A stretch of 63,930 nucleotides of DNA, filler included, from Sandaracinaceae bacterium (GTDB lineage Bacteria; Myxococcota_A; Polyangia; Polyangiales; JADJQN01), in NCBI GenBank assembly GCA_947483975.1. It is 3 parts of 3 records of this genome, joined end to end, with 100 filler letters (N's around TTAATTAATTAA, not from the genome) between each part and the next. Parts side by side here need not be neighbours in the genome. Positions count along the whole stretch, not along the records: positions 25,654 to 51,146 come from CANKOL010000030.1; positions 51,247 to 63,930 come from CANKOL010000126.1; 1 more part is not named here. One strand, 5' to 3'. Made by a program: the position numbers and the translations under genes. Below the pieces are notes generated by a model. The model saw nothing but the letters and a program-made list of their open reading frames with translations, did no database searches and was not told where the DNA came from. Positions 50,379 through 63,930 of the stretch are shown piece by piece (within the stretch, counting starts at the first letter, position 1; each line of letters starts with the position of its first letter).

Positions 50379-51146
50379 TCAGTCGCGCGCGTCGTCCGCG
50401 GCGGGCGGCAGCAGGCTGTCGCGCACGCCGTCGTCGAGCTTGTAGCGGCGCAGCTTGTCGAGGAAGGTCGTGCGCTTGAGCGCGAGCAGGCGCGCAGCCT
50501 CGCTCTTGTTGCCTCCCGAGCGCAGCAGCGCGTGCTCGAGGATGCGGCGCTCGAGCTCTTCGTAGGTGCCGCCGAGCGGATCTTCGGCGTTCGCGGCGGC
50601 GCTCAGCGGCGGCAGGTCCTCGCGCAGCACCTTCGTGCCGCGGGACGCGCGGACCGCGCGATCGATGACGGAGCTCAGCTCGCGCAGGTTGCCGGGGAAG
50701 GGATGCGCGAGCAGCAGCTCGAGCGCGGCGTGATCGATGCCGACGGCGTCGCGCCCGAGCGTGCGCGCGGCGCGATCGAGCGCGAGCAGCACGAGCGAGG
50801 GCAGATCCTCGCGGCGCTCTCGGAGCGCGGGCACGTCGAGCGCGAGCGGCGTCAGCCACTGACCGAGCTCGCCGTCGAAGGCGTTGTCGGCGAGCAGCTC
50901 CGAGAGCGCGCGCTGCGAGGTGGCGACGACGCGTGTGTCGACGGCATACGAGCCGGCGCCGCCGACTGCGCGGGCTTGGCGCACGGCGAGCGCCTCGGCG
51001 AGGGCGCGCTGAGCCTCGCGGGAGAGCGCCGGGACGTCGATGAGGAAGAGCGTCCCGCCCGCCGCGAGGCGCAGCCAGCCGGGGTGCGCGCCGCCCTCTG
51101 CGCCCTCTTCGCCGAGCAGCGCGGCTTCGCTGCGCTCGGGGCGGAG
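50379..51146 (-). CDS. Sigma-54-type Fis-family regulator (partial, degenerate AAA+)
   Basis: PALRERREDL, HPFPGNLREL, GNKSEAARLL..KRTT Fis HTH. 5' end lost at the gap. Confidence 0.85.
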   Translation of the reverse strand, partial: LRPERSEAALLGEEGAEGGAHPGWLRLAAGGTLFLIDVPALSREAQRALAEALAVRQARAVGGAGSYAVDTRVVATSQRALSELLADNAFDGELGQWLTPLALDVPALRERREDLPSLVLLALDRAARTLGRDAVGIDHAALELLLAHPFPGNLRELSSVIDRAVRASRGTKVLREDLPPLSAAANAEDPLGGTYEELERRILEHALLRSGGNKSEAARLLALKRTTFLDKLRRYKLDDGVRDSLLPPAADDARD

Positions 51147-51246
51147 NNNNNNNNNNNNNNNNNNNNNNNNNNNNNNNNNNNNNNNNNNNNTTAATTAATT
51201 AANNNNNNNNNNNNNNNNNNNNNNNNNNNNNNNNNNNNNNNNNNNN
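51147..51246. other. Artificial contig linker / gap
   Basis: N-run + TTAATTAATTAA + N-run. Confidence 0.97.
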
Positions 51247-51557
51247 CGCGCGGCGCGGCGAGGTTGCGCCGGGCGCTGCCCCGCGAGCATCGCAAAGGTG
51301 GCCAAACCTGCGATCAGGAGCGCCATCGCGAGGACGACGAGGCGCCCGCGCTGGGCAGGAGGAGGCGGAGGCGTCGGGGGGCTTGGGGGGGAATCGTCCA
51401 GGGTAGGCTCGAGTCGAACGCCGGGAGCCTAGCGTGAGATTCCGTGTGGCGGGCGGGCGCCTGTCGAGGCACTTCGGAGGGCCACCCCTTGCGGTCTCCG
51501 TATGCCTCTGCTAAACGCCGCCACTCTTTCCAGCGACTCTTCAAGAGGACGGACGTC

Positions 51558-51749
51558 ATGGCATTCGCGTGCGAGTACTGCAGCAAAGTCCGGCTCAAGG
51601 CCCACAAGGTCAGCCACTCGAACATCAAGACCCGTAAGTGGCAGCAGCCGAATCTGCAGTCCGTACGCGTACAGAAGGACGGGCGGGCCCAGAAGGTGCT
51701 CGCCTGCACCCGCTGCATCCGCACGGGCGTCGTCGTCAAGGCCGCCTGA
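51558..51749 (+). CDS. rpmB: 50S ribosomal protein L28 (Zn-binding C+ form)
   Basis: CEYC...VSHSNIKT.KW.QPNLQ...CTRCIR. RBS GAGGA. Confidence 0.93.
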   Translation: MAFACEYCSKVRLKAHKVSHSNIKTRKWQQPNLQSVRVQKDGRAQKVLACTRCIRTGVVVKAA

Positions 51750-51775
51750 CCGCTCGGCGCGGGCCCAAGGGCGAG

Positions 51776-52837
51776 GTGCCCGCGCCTATCCTGCGTGGCG
51801 ACCTGCCCAGCGTCGGACCTCCTGAGCCGCCTCGGGAGGACGAGCGCGGTCGTCCGCTGTTGCCCGTTCCGCCGGGTTGTCCGCCCGACTCGATCGTCCT
51901 CACGTTCCCCGTCCCGCGGGAGCACTCGGGGCTGCGCCTCGACCGCTTCATTCAGACGCGCATCCCGCGGCTGTCGCGGACGCGCGCGCAGGCGATCGTG
52001 CGTGAGGCGGGGCGACGCGCCGATGGCAGCCGTCGGCGTCCGAGCGACATCGTGCGCGAGGGCGAGGTCGTGCTGCTCGTGCGCGCGACCTTCACGGAGC
52101 CCGACGCGCCCACCAATTACGGAGTCCTCTACGAGGACGAGGCGCTCTACGTCATCGACAAGCCGTCCGGCTTGCCGGTGCATCCGACGGCGACGTACCA
52201 CCGCAACACGCTGACGTATGTGCTGCGCGCGCGGTTCGGCGAGCAGATGCCGCGCATCGCCCATCGCCTAGATCGCGAGACGAGCGGTGTGCTCGTCGCC
52301 GCCAAGACGATCGGCGACGAGCGCCTGCTGAAGAACGCGTTCGAGTATCGGCGCGTGCAGAAGAGCTATCTCGCGATCGTGCGCGGCGTGCTCGCCGACG
52401 ACCGCGGCGACATCGCGCTGCCGATCTCGCCCGTGCGCGAGGGGCTGCATATGCTGATGGAAATCCGCGACGACGGCAGCGAAGGCGCGCGCGCCGAGAC
52501 GGGCTACGAGGTGCTCGCGCGGGCTCCGGAGCACACGCTCGTCGCGCTCCATCCGCGCACCGGGCGGCAGCATCAGCTGCGCGTGCATCTCTCCGCGATC
52601 GGGCATTCGATCGTCGGCGACAAGCTCTACGGCCCCGAGCGTGAGGCGGTCTTCTACGAGAACATCGCCACGGGGATGACGCCGGAGCTGCTCGCGCGCC
52701 TCGGGCACGATCGGCACGCGCTGCACGCGCATCGGCTGTCGTTCGTTCACCCGCGGACCCACCAGGCGGTGACGTTCGAGGCGCCGCTCGCGCCCGATCT
52801 CGTACAGCTGTGGGAGACGCTGCGAGGCGCCGCATGA
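51776..52837 (+). CDS. RluA-family pseudouridine synthase
   Basis: RLDRFI S4-like domain, DKPSGLPVHP, HRLDRETSG, TGRQHQLRVH, LHA motifs. Confidence 0.93.
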   Translation: MPAPILRGDLPSVGPPEPPREDERGRPLLPVPPGCPPDSIVLTFPVPREHSGLRLDRFIQTRIPRLSRTRAQAIVREAGRRADGSRRRPSDIVREGEVVLLVRATFTEPDAPTNYGVLYEDEALYVIDKPSGLPVHPTATYHRNTLTYVLRARFGEQMPRIAHRLDRETSGVLVAAKTIGDERLLKNAFEYRRVQKSYLAIVRGVLADDRGDIALPISPVREGLHMLMEIRDDGSEGARAETGYEVLARAPEHTLVALHPRTGRQHQLRVHLSAIGHSIVGDKLYGPEREAVFYENIATGMTPELLARLGHDRHALHAHRLSFVHPRTHQAVTFEAPLAPDLVQLWETLRGAA

Positions 52838-52905
52838 CCGTGGCTCGCGCGCGTCGATTGCCGGTTGATTGCCTGAGAGGCGCGACCGGCTATCTTGCCG
52901 ACACG

Positions 52906-53493
52906 ATGCTCCTCGTCCGCACGTCGCTTGCTCCGCTCTCGCTCTCTCTCGCCGCGCTTGGATTGCTCGGCTGCGGTGCCGCCCTGCCGCCCGCGCGCGT
53001 GACGTCGCCGACGACTCCGGAGGAGCTGCGCGTGTTCGAGCACGGCGTCGACCTCGTGGACGATCCCGAGATTCTCGCCGGTCAGTGGCGCGAGAGCTGG
53101 GGCGCTGAGCTGCAGCAGCGCGTCGGCGCGGCGGACGTCATCGAGCTCGTTCGGGTCAACTCGGCGCAGGCCACGCGGATCCCCGATCAAGGAGCGTCGT
53201 ACAGGCTCGACATCGAGCCGAGTCGCGCGCTGCTCGGTGAAGAGACCGACGTCGACCTGCTCACGGTCGAGACCGACGGCGGCTACGTCAGCATCGACCG
53301 CAACCAGACTCGCCTGCTCTCGACGGACTTCGTGCTCTACGTGAAGTGGTATCGCACCGACGACGGCACGACCGCGGCCCACTGGCATCTGTCGCCCGCG
53401 ACGCCCGCCGTCGTGCAGCGCACGCAGTTCCTCATCGGGCGCCGTCGCCAGGCGTCCTCCGAGCCGAATCGCGTCATCGTCCGCGAGAACTGA
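52906..53493 (+). CDS. Hypothetical lipoprotein
   Basis: LLGC lipobox and host-like codon usage. Confidence 0.65.
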   Translation: MLLVRTSLAPLSLSLAALGLLGCGAALPPARVTSPTTPEELRVFEHGVDLVDDPEILAGQWRESWGAELQQRVGAADVIELVRVNSAQATRIPDQGASYRLDIEPSRALLGEETDVDLLTVETDGGYVSIDRNQTRLLSTDFVLYVKWYRTDDGTTAAHWHLSPATPAVVQRTQFLIGRRRQASSEPNRVIVREN

Positions 53494-53503
53494 GCGCGGT
53501 CGC

Positions 53504-54847
53504 TCAGCGCCGGCGGGACGGGGGCGGGGCGACGTGCGTCTTCTCTTCGGAGAGCGCGTCGGCGAGCGCCTCCGCGTCCGCCGAGACGGGGCGGGTGCGG
53601 CTCGGGTCACCGATCGGCACGCGCGCTGGGCGCTTGCGCCGGATGCCCGCGGTCGAGCCCTGGGGTAGCCCGAGGAGCTCCGTCCGCGCGAGGTGCAGCG
53701 GATCGTCGGCGTTGACCGGGGGCAGCGAGGACTCGTCGTCCACCTCGGCGAAGGACTCGGCGGCCCCATCGCTCGAGCGCGTCACGCGCGTCGGGCTCGG
53801 GCTGAAGCGCGAGTAGGCGGCGTCGGGGCCGAGCGCGTCCGCGATCAGGTTCTTGCCGAGATCCGTCGGCGCGACGACGTCCACGACGAAGTCCTCCATC
53901 GCGCGGAGTTCGGCCTCGATCTCGGTCGCGAAGAGGCGCTTCATCACGCGCGCGAGCTTCGTGCGCCGGTACTGTGGGGAGGCGACCAGCAGCCAGTTGA
54001 GCAGCGCGTCGCGGAACTCGAGCGCGGTCTGATAGCGGCCGCTCCGCGAGCGGACCATCGCGCGCTCCACGATGTCGGCGAGCGCGACGGGGATGCGCGG
54101 CTCGACCTCGCGCAGCGGGCGCGGCGCGGCGTCGCGCACCGAGAAGATCAGGTCGACCTCGGTCGCCGCTTGAAACGGCGCCTGCCCGCAGAGCAGCTCG
54201 TAGAGCACGCTGCCCGCGCTGAACACGTCGCTGCGGCCGTCGAGCTTCCGGCCGAAGGCCTGCTCCGGCGACATGTACTTGACCTTGCCCTTGATGATCC
54301 CGGTCTTGGTCTGGACCTTGTTGTGAGACGCCTTCGCGATGCCGAAGTCGCAGATCTTCACGTGCCCGTCGTACGCGAGCAGGATGTTCGAGGGGCTGAA
54401 GTCCCGGTGCACGAGCTGCAGCGGATGCCCCTCGGGGTCCCGCGCCGTGTGCGCGTGATGGAGCCCGTCGATCGCGCGCGCGATGAGATATGCGCTGTCG
54501 TCGAGCTCGAGCACGCCGCCGGGGAAGCCCTTGTCCTTCTCGACGACGGTGCGCAGGTCCTTGCCGTCGACGTACTCCATCGCGATGAGGATCGTGTCGT
54601 CGATCCGCGCGAGCTCGTAGACCTCGGCGATGTTCGGATGACGCAGATAGCTGACGAGCCGGAACTCGTCCGTCAGCATATCGATGAACTGTCGGTCCTC
54701 CGCGAAGTGCGGGAGCACCTTCTTGATGGCGACGTCACGCCGAAAGCCGTCCGCGTCAAACGTGAAGCCGCGGAAGATCTCCGCCATGCCTCCGAAGGCG
54801 ATACGCTCCGTAACGTGGTAGCGGCCGAGCTGGCGCGTCCGGCGCAT
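53504..54847 (-). CDS. Hanks-type Ser/Thr protein kinase (cytoplasmic)
   Basis: GGMAEIF, VAIKK, HRDFSPSN, DFG, YMSPE motifs. No TM segment. Confidence 0.95.
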   Translation of the reverse strand: MRRTRQLGRYHVTERIAFGGMAEIFRGFTFDADGFRRDVAIKKVLPHFAEDRQFIDMLTDEFRLVSYLRHPNIAEVYELARIDDTILIAMEYVDGKDLRTVVEKDKGFPGGVLELDDSAYLIARAIDGLHHAHTARDPEGHPLQLVHRDFSPSNILLAYDGHVKICDFGIAKASHNKVQTKTGIIKGKVKYMSPEQAFGRKLDGRSDVFSAGSVLYELLCGQAPFQAATEVDLIFSVRDAAPRPLREVEPRIPVALADIVERAMVRSRSGRYQTALEFRDALLNWLLVASPQYRRTKLARVMKRLFATEIEAELRAMEDFVVDVVAPTDLGKNLIADALGPDAAYSRFSPSPTRVTRSSDGAAESFAEVDDESSLPPVNADDPLHLARTELLGLPQGSTAGIRRKRPARVPIGDPSRTRPVSADAEALADALSEEKTHVAPPPSRRR

Positions 54848-54920
54848 CGGGCGCGATGTTCTCCCGAGAAGGGCGCGCGAAGCAAGCAATCGCTCGCGTG
54901 CGCCCGACCCTCGAGGGCGA

Positions 54921-55394
54921 TCAGCCCGCTTCGCCGCGCGCGAGGGCTCGGGCGGCGCTGACGACCAGCGTGTCGAACTCGCGCCAGAACGACACGGTGG
55001 CAGGAGTCTCCTTCCGGAGCTTCTGCGCGCGGTCGTGGAGCCAGCTGGCGCGGGCGGGGGCGATGCGGAGCCGCTGCCGGAGCTCTTCCAGCAGCGTGCG
55101 CTCGGTCGGGGCCTCCTCGAGGTCCGCGAGCGCCATCCACGCGGCGCAAAGGTACGTGAGCTCCGCCTCGCGCGGCCCGAGCGCCTCGAGCGGCAGCGTC
55201 TCGAGGCGTTGCGCACCGAGTTGAACCGCGTCGTCGAGGAGCTCGCTCCCTCCCGGCAGCCCGAGCGCGATGGCCACGGCGCGCGCCGCGGCGATCTCCT
55301 CCTCGGCGAGCTTCCGGTCTGCCCAAGCCATGCACACGAGCACGTCGAACACCGTGCTCGTGGCCACCTCTCCGATCGCGTCGATGGCACTCAT
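54921..55394 (-). CDS. TerB-like / DUF533-like protein
   Basis: MAWAD.KL.EEE and MALAD.EE...E..LL..L...L repeats. Confidence 0.7.
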   Translation of the reverse strand: MSAIDAIGEVATSTVFDVLVCMAWADRKLAEEEIAAARAVAIALGLPGGSELLDDAVQLGAQRLETLPLEALGPREAELTYLCAAWMALADLEEAPTERTLLEELRQRLRIAPARASWLHDRAQKLRKETPATVSFWREFDTLVVSAARALARGEAG

Positions 55395-55545
55395 GCGGCG
55401 GGCACCGTACCGCGGAATGGGCCCGCGCGGCACGCGTTCCCGACCCAATCGTAGGACAGGCCGATTGCGCGCCCCCACTTGCTGCCTCGTGGGCTGTGTA
55501 ACAATCTCGGCGCGCCTTCTCTCCGTGTCCACGCAAGAGGTCCCA

Positions 55546-56697
55546 TTGGACATCGAAAGCCTCCCGTCCTCTGCTCCCGCGACTCGCTCGAGGGCGACGC
55601 TCGTGACGCTCCTGCTGCTCGCCGCCTGCGTGCTCGCCATCGCAGCAGCGATCGGCATTCGTATGAAGAGCGCGCTCGAGGTGAAGGCGGCGCTCGAGAC
55701 GGCGCGGCGTGAGGCCGCGGCTGCGGCGACTCGCCCGCGCGACATCGCCGTCGTGCACGCGGTCGCAGCGCAGTTCGTGCCGAGCGTCGTGCTCACCGGG
55801 ACGCTCGAGCCCATCGAGTCGGCGGACCTCGGCTTCGAGGTAGGCGGGCGCGTCGCGCGCGTGGACGTCGCGCTCGGTGACGAGGTGCAGCCGGGCCAGA
55901 TCCTCGCGACGCTCGACCGCGCATCTGTCGGCGCGATGCAGGCGTCGAGCGCGGCGGGCACGCAGGTGGCAGACGCCAACGTCGCGCTCATCCGTGACCG
56001 CGTGGAGCTCCTCGAGCAGCTCGCGAGCTCCGGCGCGGCGGCGACGCGCGACCTGACGAGCGCGCGGCAGCAGCTCACGCTGGCCGAGGCCCAGCTCGCG
56101 CAGGCGCGCGCCGGTCAGCGGGCGACGTCCACCGCGAGCGCAGATCACGCGATTCGAGCGCCTTTCGCGGGCGTCGTCACGCGCGTGCCCGCGGGACCGG
56201 GCGGCGTCGTCGGGCCCGGGCTGCCCATCGTGCGCATCGAGCGGCTGACCTCCCTGCGCATGCGCACGACCGTCGCTGAGGCGGACCTCGCGGGCGTCCG
56301 TGTCGGCGCGACGGTGCGGATCGAGGGCGCGGCCGTCACGGGGACGGTGCGCAGCGTCGTTCGCTCGCTCGACCTGCAGACGCGGCGCGCGCCCGTCGAG
56401 GTGCTCGTCGAGAACACCGATGGTGCGCTCGTGGCGAACGCGCTCGTGCGCGCGCACATCGACACCGGCGCTCCGGTCCCCGCGCTGCGGGTCCCTTCGA
56501 CGACGCGCCGCGCGGACGGCACCGTGCTCGTCGTCGGCGCCGACGGGAAGGTCGCCTCGCGGCCGGTGGTCGGCGTGGCCGACGACGTCGGCGACTGGCT
56601 CGTCACGAGCGGGCTGACCGCGGCCGACTCGGTCGTGCTTCGCCCCGGCGAAGTGCGCGAGGGCGACGCGGTCCGCGCGGCTGCGGCCGCTCGATGA
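55546..56697 (+). CDS. RND efflux periplasmic adaptor (MFP)
   Basis: N-terminal TM. FEVGGRV..V.V..GD.V..GQ and IRAPFAGVV motifs. ATGA overlap with the permease. Confidence 0.9.
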   Translation: MDIESLPSSAPATRSRATLVTLLLLAACVLAIAAAIGIRMKSALEVKAALETARREAAAAATRPRDIAVVHAVAAQFVPSVVLTGTLEPIESADLGFEVGGRVARVDVALGDEVQPGQILATLDRASVGAMQASSAAGTQVADANVALIRDRVELLEQLASSGAAATRDLTSARQQLTLAEAQLAQARAGQRATSTASADHAIRAPFAGVVTRVPAGPGGVVGPGLPIVRIERLTSLRMRTTVAEADLAGVRVGATVRIEGAAVTGTVRSVVRSLDLQTRRAPVEVLVENTDGALVANALVRAHIDTGAPVPALRVPSTTRRADGTVLVVGADGKVASRPVVGVADDVGDWLVTSGLTAADSVVLRPGEVREGDAVRAAAAAR

Positions 56698-59600
56698 CGC
56701 TCTCCGATGTCGCGATCAAGCGCCCGGTGTTCACCACGATGGTGTCCGTCGGGATCATCGTGCTCGGGGTGATGGGCTTCTTTCGCCTCGGGGTGAACCT
56801 CTTCCCCGACGTGCAGTTCCCCGTCGTGACGGTGGTCGCGGTCTACCCCGGCGCGAGCCCCACGGAGATCGAGACGCAGGTCACCAAGAAGCTCGAGGAC
56901 TCGCTCGCGTCCATCGCGGGCATCAAGCAGATCATCAGCTTCTCGCGCGACTCGGTGTCGCAGGTCGTCGTGCTCTTCGAGCTCGACGTCGACGTGAAGG
57001 AAGCCGCCATGGACGTGCGCGAGCGCGTCTCGCAGGTCCGAGCGCAGCTGCCGCGGGACGCTGAGGAGCCGACGGTCACGCGGATGGACATCGCCGCGTC
57101 CCCGATCATGACCTACACGCTCTCCGGGCACGGGGACGTGCAGACGCTGCGCGACTACGCGGAGCACGTCGTCAAGCCGCGCCTCGAGCAGGTGAGCGGC
57201 GTCGCGAGCGTCAACGTGCGCGGCGGCCGCGAGCGGCAGGTCAACGTGCTGCTCGATCTGGATCGCGTGCGCGCGCTCGGGATGACGCCCGTCGCCATCG
57301 CGGACCGGATCCGCATGGAGAACCTGAGCGTGCCGGCCGGCAACTACGACGAGGGCACGCGGCTCATCTCCGTGCGCACGCTCGGCGAGATGCGCAGCGT
57401 GCGGGAGCTTCGCGAGCTCCCCATCGGCGTCGGGCACGACGGCTCGATCACGCGGCTCGGGGACCTCGGGCGCGTCGAGGACGGCTTCGCCGATCAGGAC
57501 ACGGAGGTCCGGGCGAACGGGCAGGGCGCGGTCGTGATGGAGGTGCAGAAGGCGTCCGGCGAGAACACCGTCGAGACGGCTGAGCGCGTGCGCGCGCGCC
57601 TCGACTCGCTCGTCATGCCCAACGGGATGCGCGCGAATCTGATCGTCGATCAGTCGGAATTCATCGTCGAGAACATCCGCGACGTCGAGGAGTCGCTGCT
57701 GTTCGGCGGCGCGATGGCCATCCTGATCATCCTCGTCTTCCTGCTCGACTGGCGCAGCACCTTCATCAGCAGCCTCGCGCTGCCGACGTCGGTGATCGGC
57801 GCGTTCTTCCTGATGTGGGTGCTCGGCTTCACGCTCAACATGATGACGTTGCTCGGGCTCTCGCTCGCCATCGGGCTGCTGATCGACGACTCGATCGTCG
57901 TGCGCGAGAACATCATGAAGTACCTCGAGCGCGGCATCGATCCGATCACCGCGGCTCAGGAGGGGACGAAGGAGATCACGCTCGCCGTGCTCGCGACGAC
58001 GGCGACGCTCTGCGCCGTCTTCGTGCCGGTGGCGTTCACGGGCGGCATCGTCGGGCAGTTCTTCCGCGAATTCGGCCTCACGGTGGCCGGCGCCACGGTG
58101 ATCTCCGCGTGGGTCGCGCTGACGCTCGACCCGATGCTCTCGTCGCGCCTCGCCAAGCAGTTGGCCGTCGGGGAGCATCGGCAGCAACACGCTGGGTTCT
58201 TCGGCTGGCTGTCGCGCCCGCTGCGCGTCGTGTTCGCCGCGATGGATACCGCCTACGCGGCGATCCTCGCGCGCGTGGTCGGCAAGAAGCGCTGGATGGC
58301 GCTCGTCGCGCTCGGCGCGGTGCTGACGCTCGTCGGCAGCTTTCGGCTGATGGGGCTGATGGGCTCGGAGTTCACCTCGCCCGAGGACCGCGGGCAGTTC
58401 CACGTCGACATCGAGATGCCGGCGGGGACGCGCCTCGAGGAGATGGCCCGCCTGTCGCTCGGCGCCGAGCAAGAGCTCAAGCTCGACCCCCGCTTCGTCA
58501 CGATCTACGCGCGCATCGGCGTCAACGGGCAGTCCAACACGGCGACCTATCGCGTCGTCGCGCTGCCGAAGGGCCAGCGCACGGCGACGCAGTCGCAGCT
58601 GCAGGACGTCACGCGCGCGATCGTCATGCGCCACTTCCCCGGCGGCAAGGTCGTCGTCACCGACCCGTCGATCGTGGAGGGCGTGCGCGAGTACCCGATG
58701 GCGCTCTATGTCCAGGGCGACGACTTCGCGTCGATCGACGCCACCTCGCGCCGCTTCCGGCAGATCCTGCGCGGGATCCCCGGCACGAAGGACGTCGACA
58801 TCCAGTACTCGCCGGGCAGCCCGGAGCTTCAGGTCGCCGTGCGACGCGACCGCGCCGCGCAGCTTGGGGTCCCTGCGGCCATGATCGCCCGCACCGTGCG
58901 CGCCTCCATCGAGGGCGAGGTCGCCGGCGTGTACCGGGACGGCGACGACGAGATCGACATCCGCGTCCGCCTCGACGAGGCCGCGCGCGACACCGAGCGG
59001 CGCGTCCGCGAGGTCCCCATACAGACGATGACCGGCATGCTCGTGCCGCTCTCCGACGTCGCCGAGATCGGGCGCGGGGATGGCCCGGCGGTCATCCAGC
59101 GCAACGATCGGCAGCGCGTCATCATCGTCACCGCGGCGCCGTCGGGGCGCTCGCTCGGCGAGGTCGTCACCGAGTTCCAGGCGGCGGTCGCGCACGAGAC
59201 GCTGCCGCCGGGCGTGACCTGGTCCCTGCAAGGCACCGCGAAGACGATGAACGAGTCGAACGCGAGCATGGGCATCGCGCTGCTGCTCGGGCTCGTCTTC
59301 ATCTACATCGTGCTCGCCTCGCAGTTCGAGTCGTTCATCCACCCGGTGACGATCATGATGGCGCTGCCGCTCGCGCTGGTCGGCGCCATCGTCGCGCTCT
59401 TCCTGCAGGGCTCGTCGATGTCGATGGGCGCCAGCATCGGCATCATCCTCTTGATGGGCCTCGTCACGAAGAACGGCATCCTGCTGATCGATCACGCCGT
59501 CACGCGCGTGCGCGATGGGATGACGCCCACGGAGGCGATCCTCGACGCGGGGCCGGCGCGCCTGCGCCCGATCCTGATGACCAGCGCGGCCATGGTGCTC

Positions 59601-59777
59601 GGGATGCTGCCGACTGCGCTCGGCAACGGGCCGGGCAGTGAGTTCCGGTCGCCGATGGCGATGGGCGTCATCGGCGGCGTCATCTCGTCGACGTTCATGA
59701 CGCTGCTCGTCGTGCCGGTCTTCTACCTCGCGGTCGAGGGAGTGAAGACCGGCATGCGGCGCCTGTTCAGGGGTTGA
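56694..59777 (+). CDS. RND efflux permease (AcrB/AcrD/AcrF family)
   Basis: IKRPV, AIGLLIDDSIVVREN, KNGILL, RLRPILMTS motifs. Confidence 0.95.
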   Translation: MTLSDVAIKRPVFTTMVSVGIIVLGVMGFFRLGVNLFPDVQFPVVTVVAVYPGASPTEIETQVTKKLEDSLASIAGIKQIISFSRDSVSQVVVLFELDVDVKEAAMDVRERVSQVRAQLPRDAEEPTVTRMDIAASPIMTYTLSGHGDVQTLRDYAEHVVKPRLEQVSGVASVNVRGGRERQVNVLLDLDRVRALGMTPVAIADRIRMENLSVPAGNYDEGTRLISVRTLGEMRSVRELRELPIGVGHDGSITRLGDLGRVEDGFADQDTEVRANGQGAVVMEVQKASGENTVETAERVRARLDSLVMPNGMRANLIVDQSEFIVENIRDVEESLLFGGAMAILIILVFLLDWRSTFISSLALPTSVIGAFFLMWVLGFTLNMMTLLGLSLAIGLLIDDSIVVRENIMKYLERGIDPITAAQEGTKEITLAVLATTATLCAVFVPVAFTGGIVGQFFREFGLTVAGATVISAWVALTLDPMLSSRLAKQLAVGEHRQQHAGFFGWLSRPLRVVFAAMDTAYAAILARVVGKKRWMALVALGAVLTLVGSFRLMGLMGSEFTSPEDRGQFHVDIEMPAGTRLEEMARLSLGAEQELKLDPRFVTIYARIGVNGQSNTATYRVVALPKGQRTATQSQLQDVTRAIVMRHFPGGKVVVTDPSIVEGVREYPMALYVQGDDFASIDATSRRFRQILRGIPGTKDVDIQYSPGSPELQVAVRRDRAAQLGVPAAMIARTVRASIEGEVAGVYRDGDDEIDIRVRLDEAARDTERRVREVPIQTMTGMLVPLSDVAEIGRGDGPAVIQRNDRQRVIIVTAAPSGRSLGEVVTEFQAAVAHETLPPGVTWSLQGTAKTMNESNASMGIALLLGLVFIYIVLASQFESFIHPVTIMMALPLALVGAIVALFLQGSSMSMGASIGIILLMGLVTKNGILLIDHAVTRVRDGMTPTEAILDAGPARLRPILMTSAAMVLGMLPTALGNGPGSEFRSPMAMGVIGGVISSTFMTLLVVPVFYLAVEGVKTGMRRLFRG

Positions 59778-59877
59778 ACCGGCGCCGCCGGCCACCGAGC
59801 GTCAGCGGCTACGGCAGCGTAGGCCGGTGATGCGGCGCCTGTCCCGGGGTTGAACCGGCGCCGCGAACCGCCGAGCG

Positions 59878-59905
<28 letters not shown>
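59754..59905. repeat. 76-bp tandem duplication spanning two convergent stop codons
   Basis: 59754-59829 vs 59830-59905, about 64/76 identical by manual alignment. Confidence 0.85.

Positions 59906-63930
<4,025 letters not shown>

Noticed and set aside
54921..59777. TerB-like gene next to an RND pump as a tellurite or defence island
   Set aside because: Single TerB-like gene with no other ter genes. The MFP-RND pair is ordinary, and its outer-membrane factor may be encoded elsewhere.
56145..59795. 1216-aa antisense ORF and other long overlapping ORFs (e.g. 15186-17684, 12219-14102, 41387-43837)
   Set aside because: Shadow ORFs caused by high GC3 on the opposite strand of well-supported genes. 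Arg/His-rich with no motifs.

Overview
High-GC myxobacterial sequence. The MYXO-CTERM proteins and many Cys-rich and Asp-Ala-Gly-rich lipoproteins suggest Myxococcota/Polyangiales (inference). The window is three contigs joined by artificial N44-TTAATTAATTAA-N44 linkers (25554-25653, 51147-51246), so adjacency across these gaps is not meaningful. Contig 1 carries surface/lipoprotein and metabolic genes, tRNA-Val(TAC) and the tig-clpP-clpX-lon cluster. Contig 2 begins inside an integrative element (25654-33051): orphan ORF, excisionase-like HTH, a ~1,400-aa protein fusing an AEP-type primase, Zn finger, SF3-like P-loop helicase and phage-type family A DNA polymerase (with an ori-like inverted repeat in its linker), two small ORFs and a tyrosine integrase. 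The integrase reading frame runs through a duplicated 3' half of tRNA-Arg(TCT) (att site). A second, decayed att copy lies ~0.9 kb further on, and the two copies bracket a stanniocalcin-like lipoprotein gene. The rest of contig 2 and contig 3 are mostly ordinary chromosome (GT2, AKR, amidase, HiPIP, aminotransferase, rpmB, RluA, Ser/Thr kinase, RND pump), ending in a giant Cys-repeat/FGE-domain ORF with an internal sorting signal. The most novel item is the single-polypeptide primase-helicase-PolA integrative element. All domain calls come from visual motif recognition; no searches were run.
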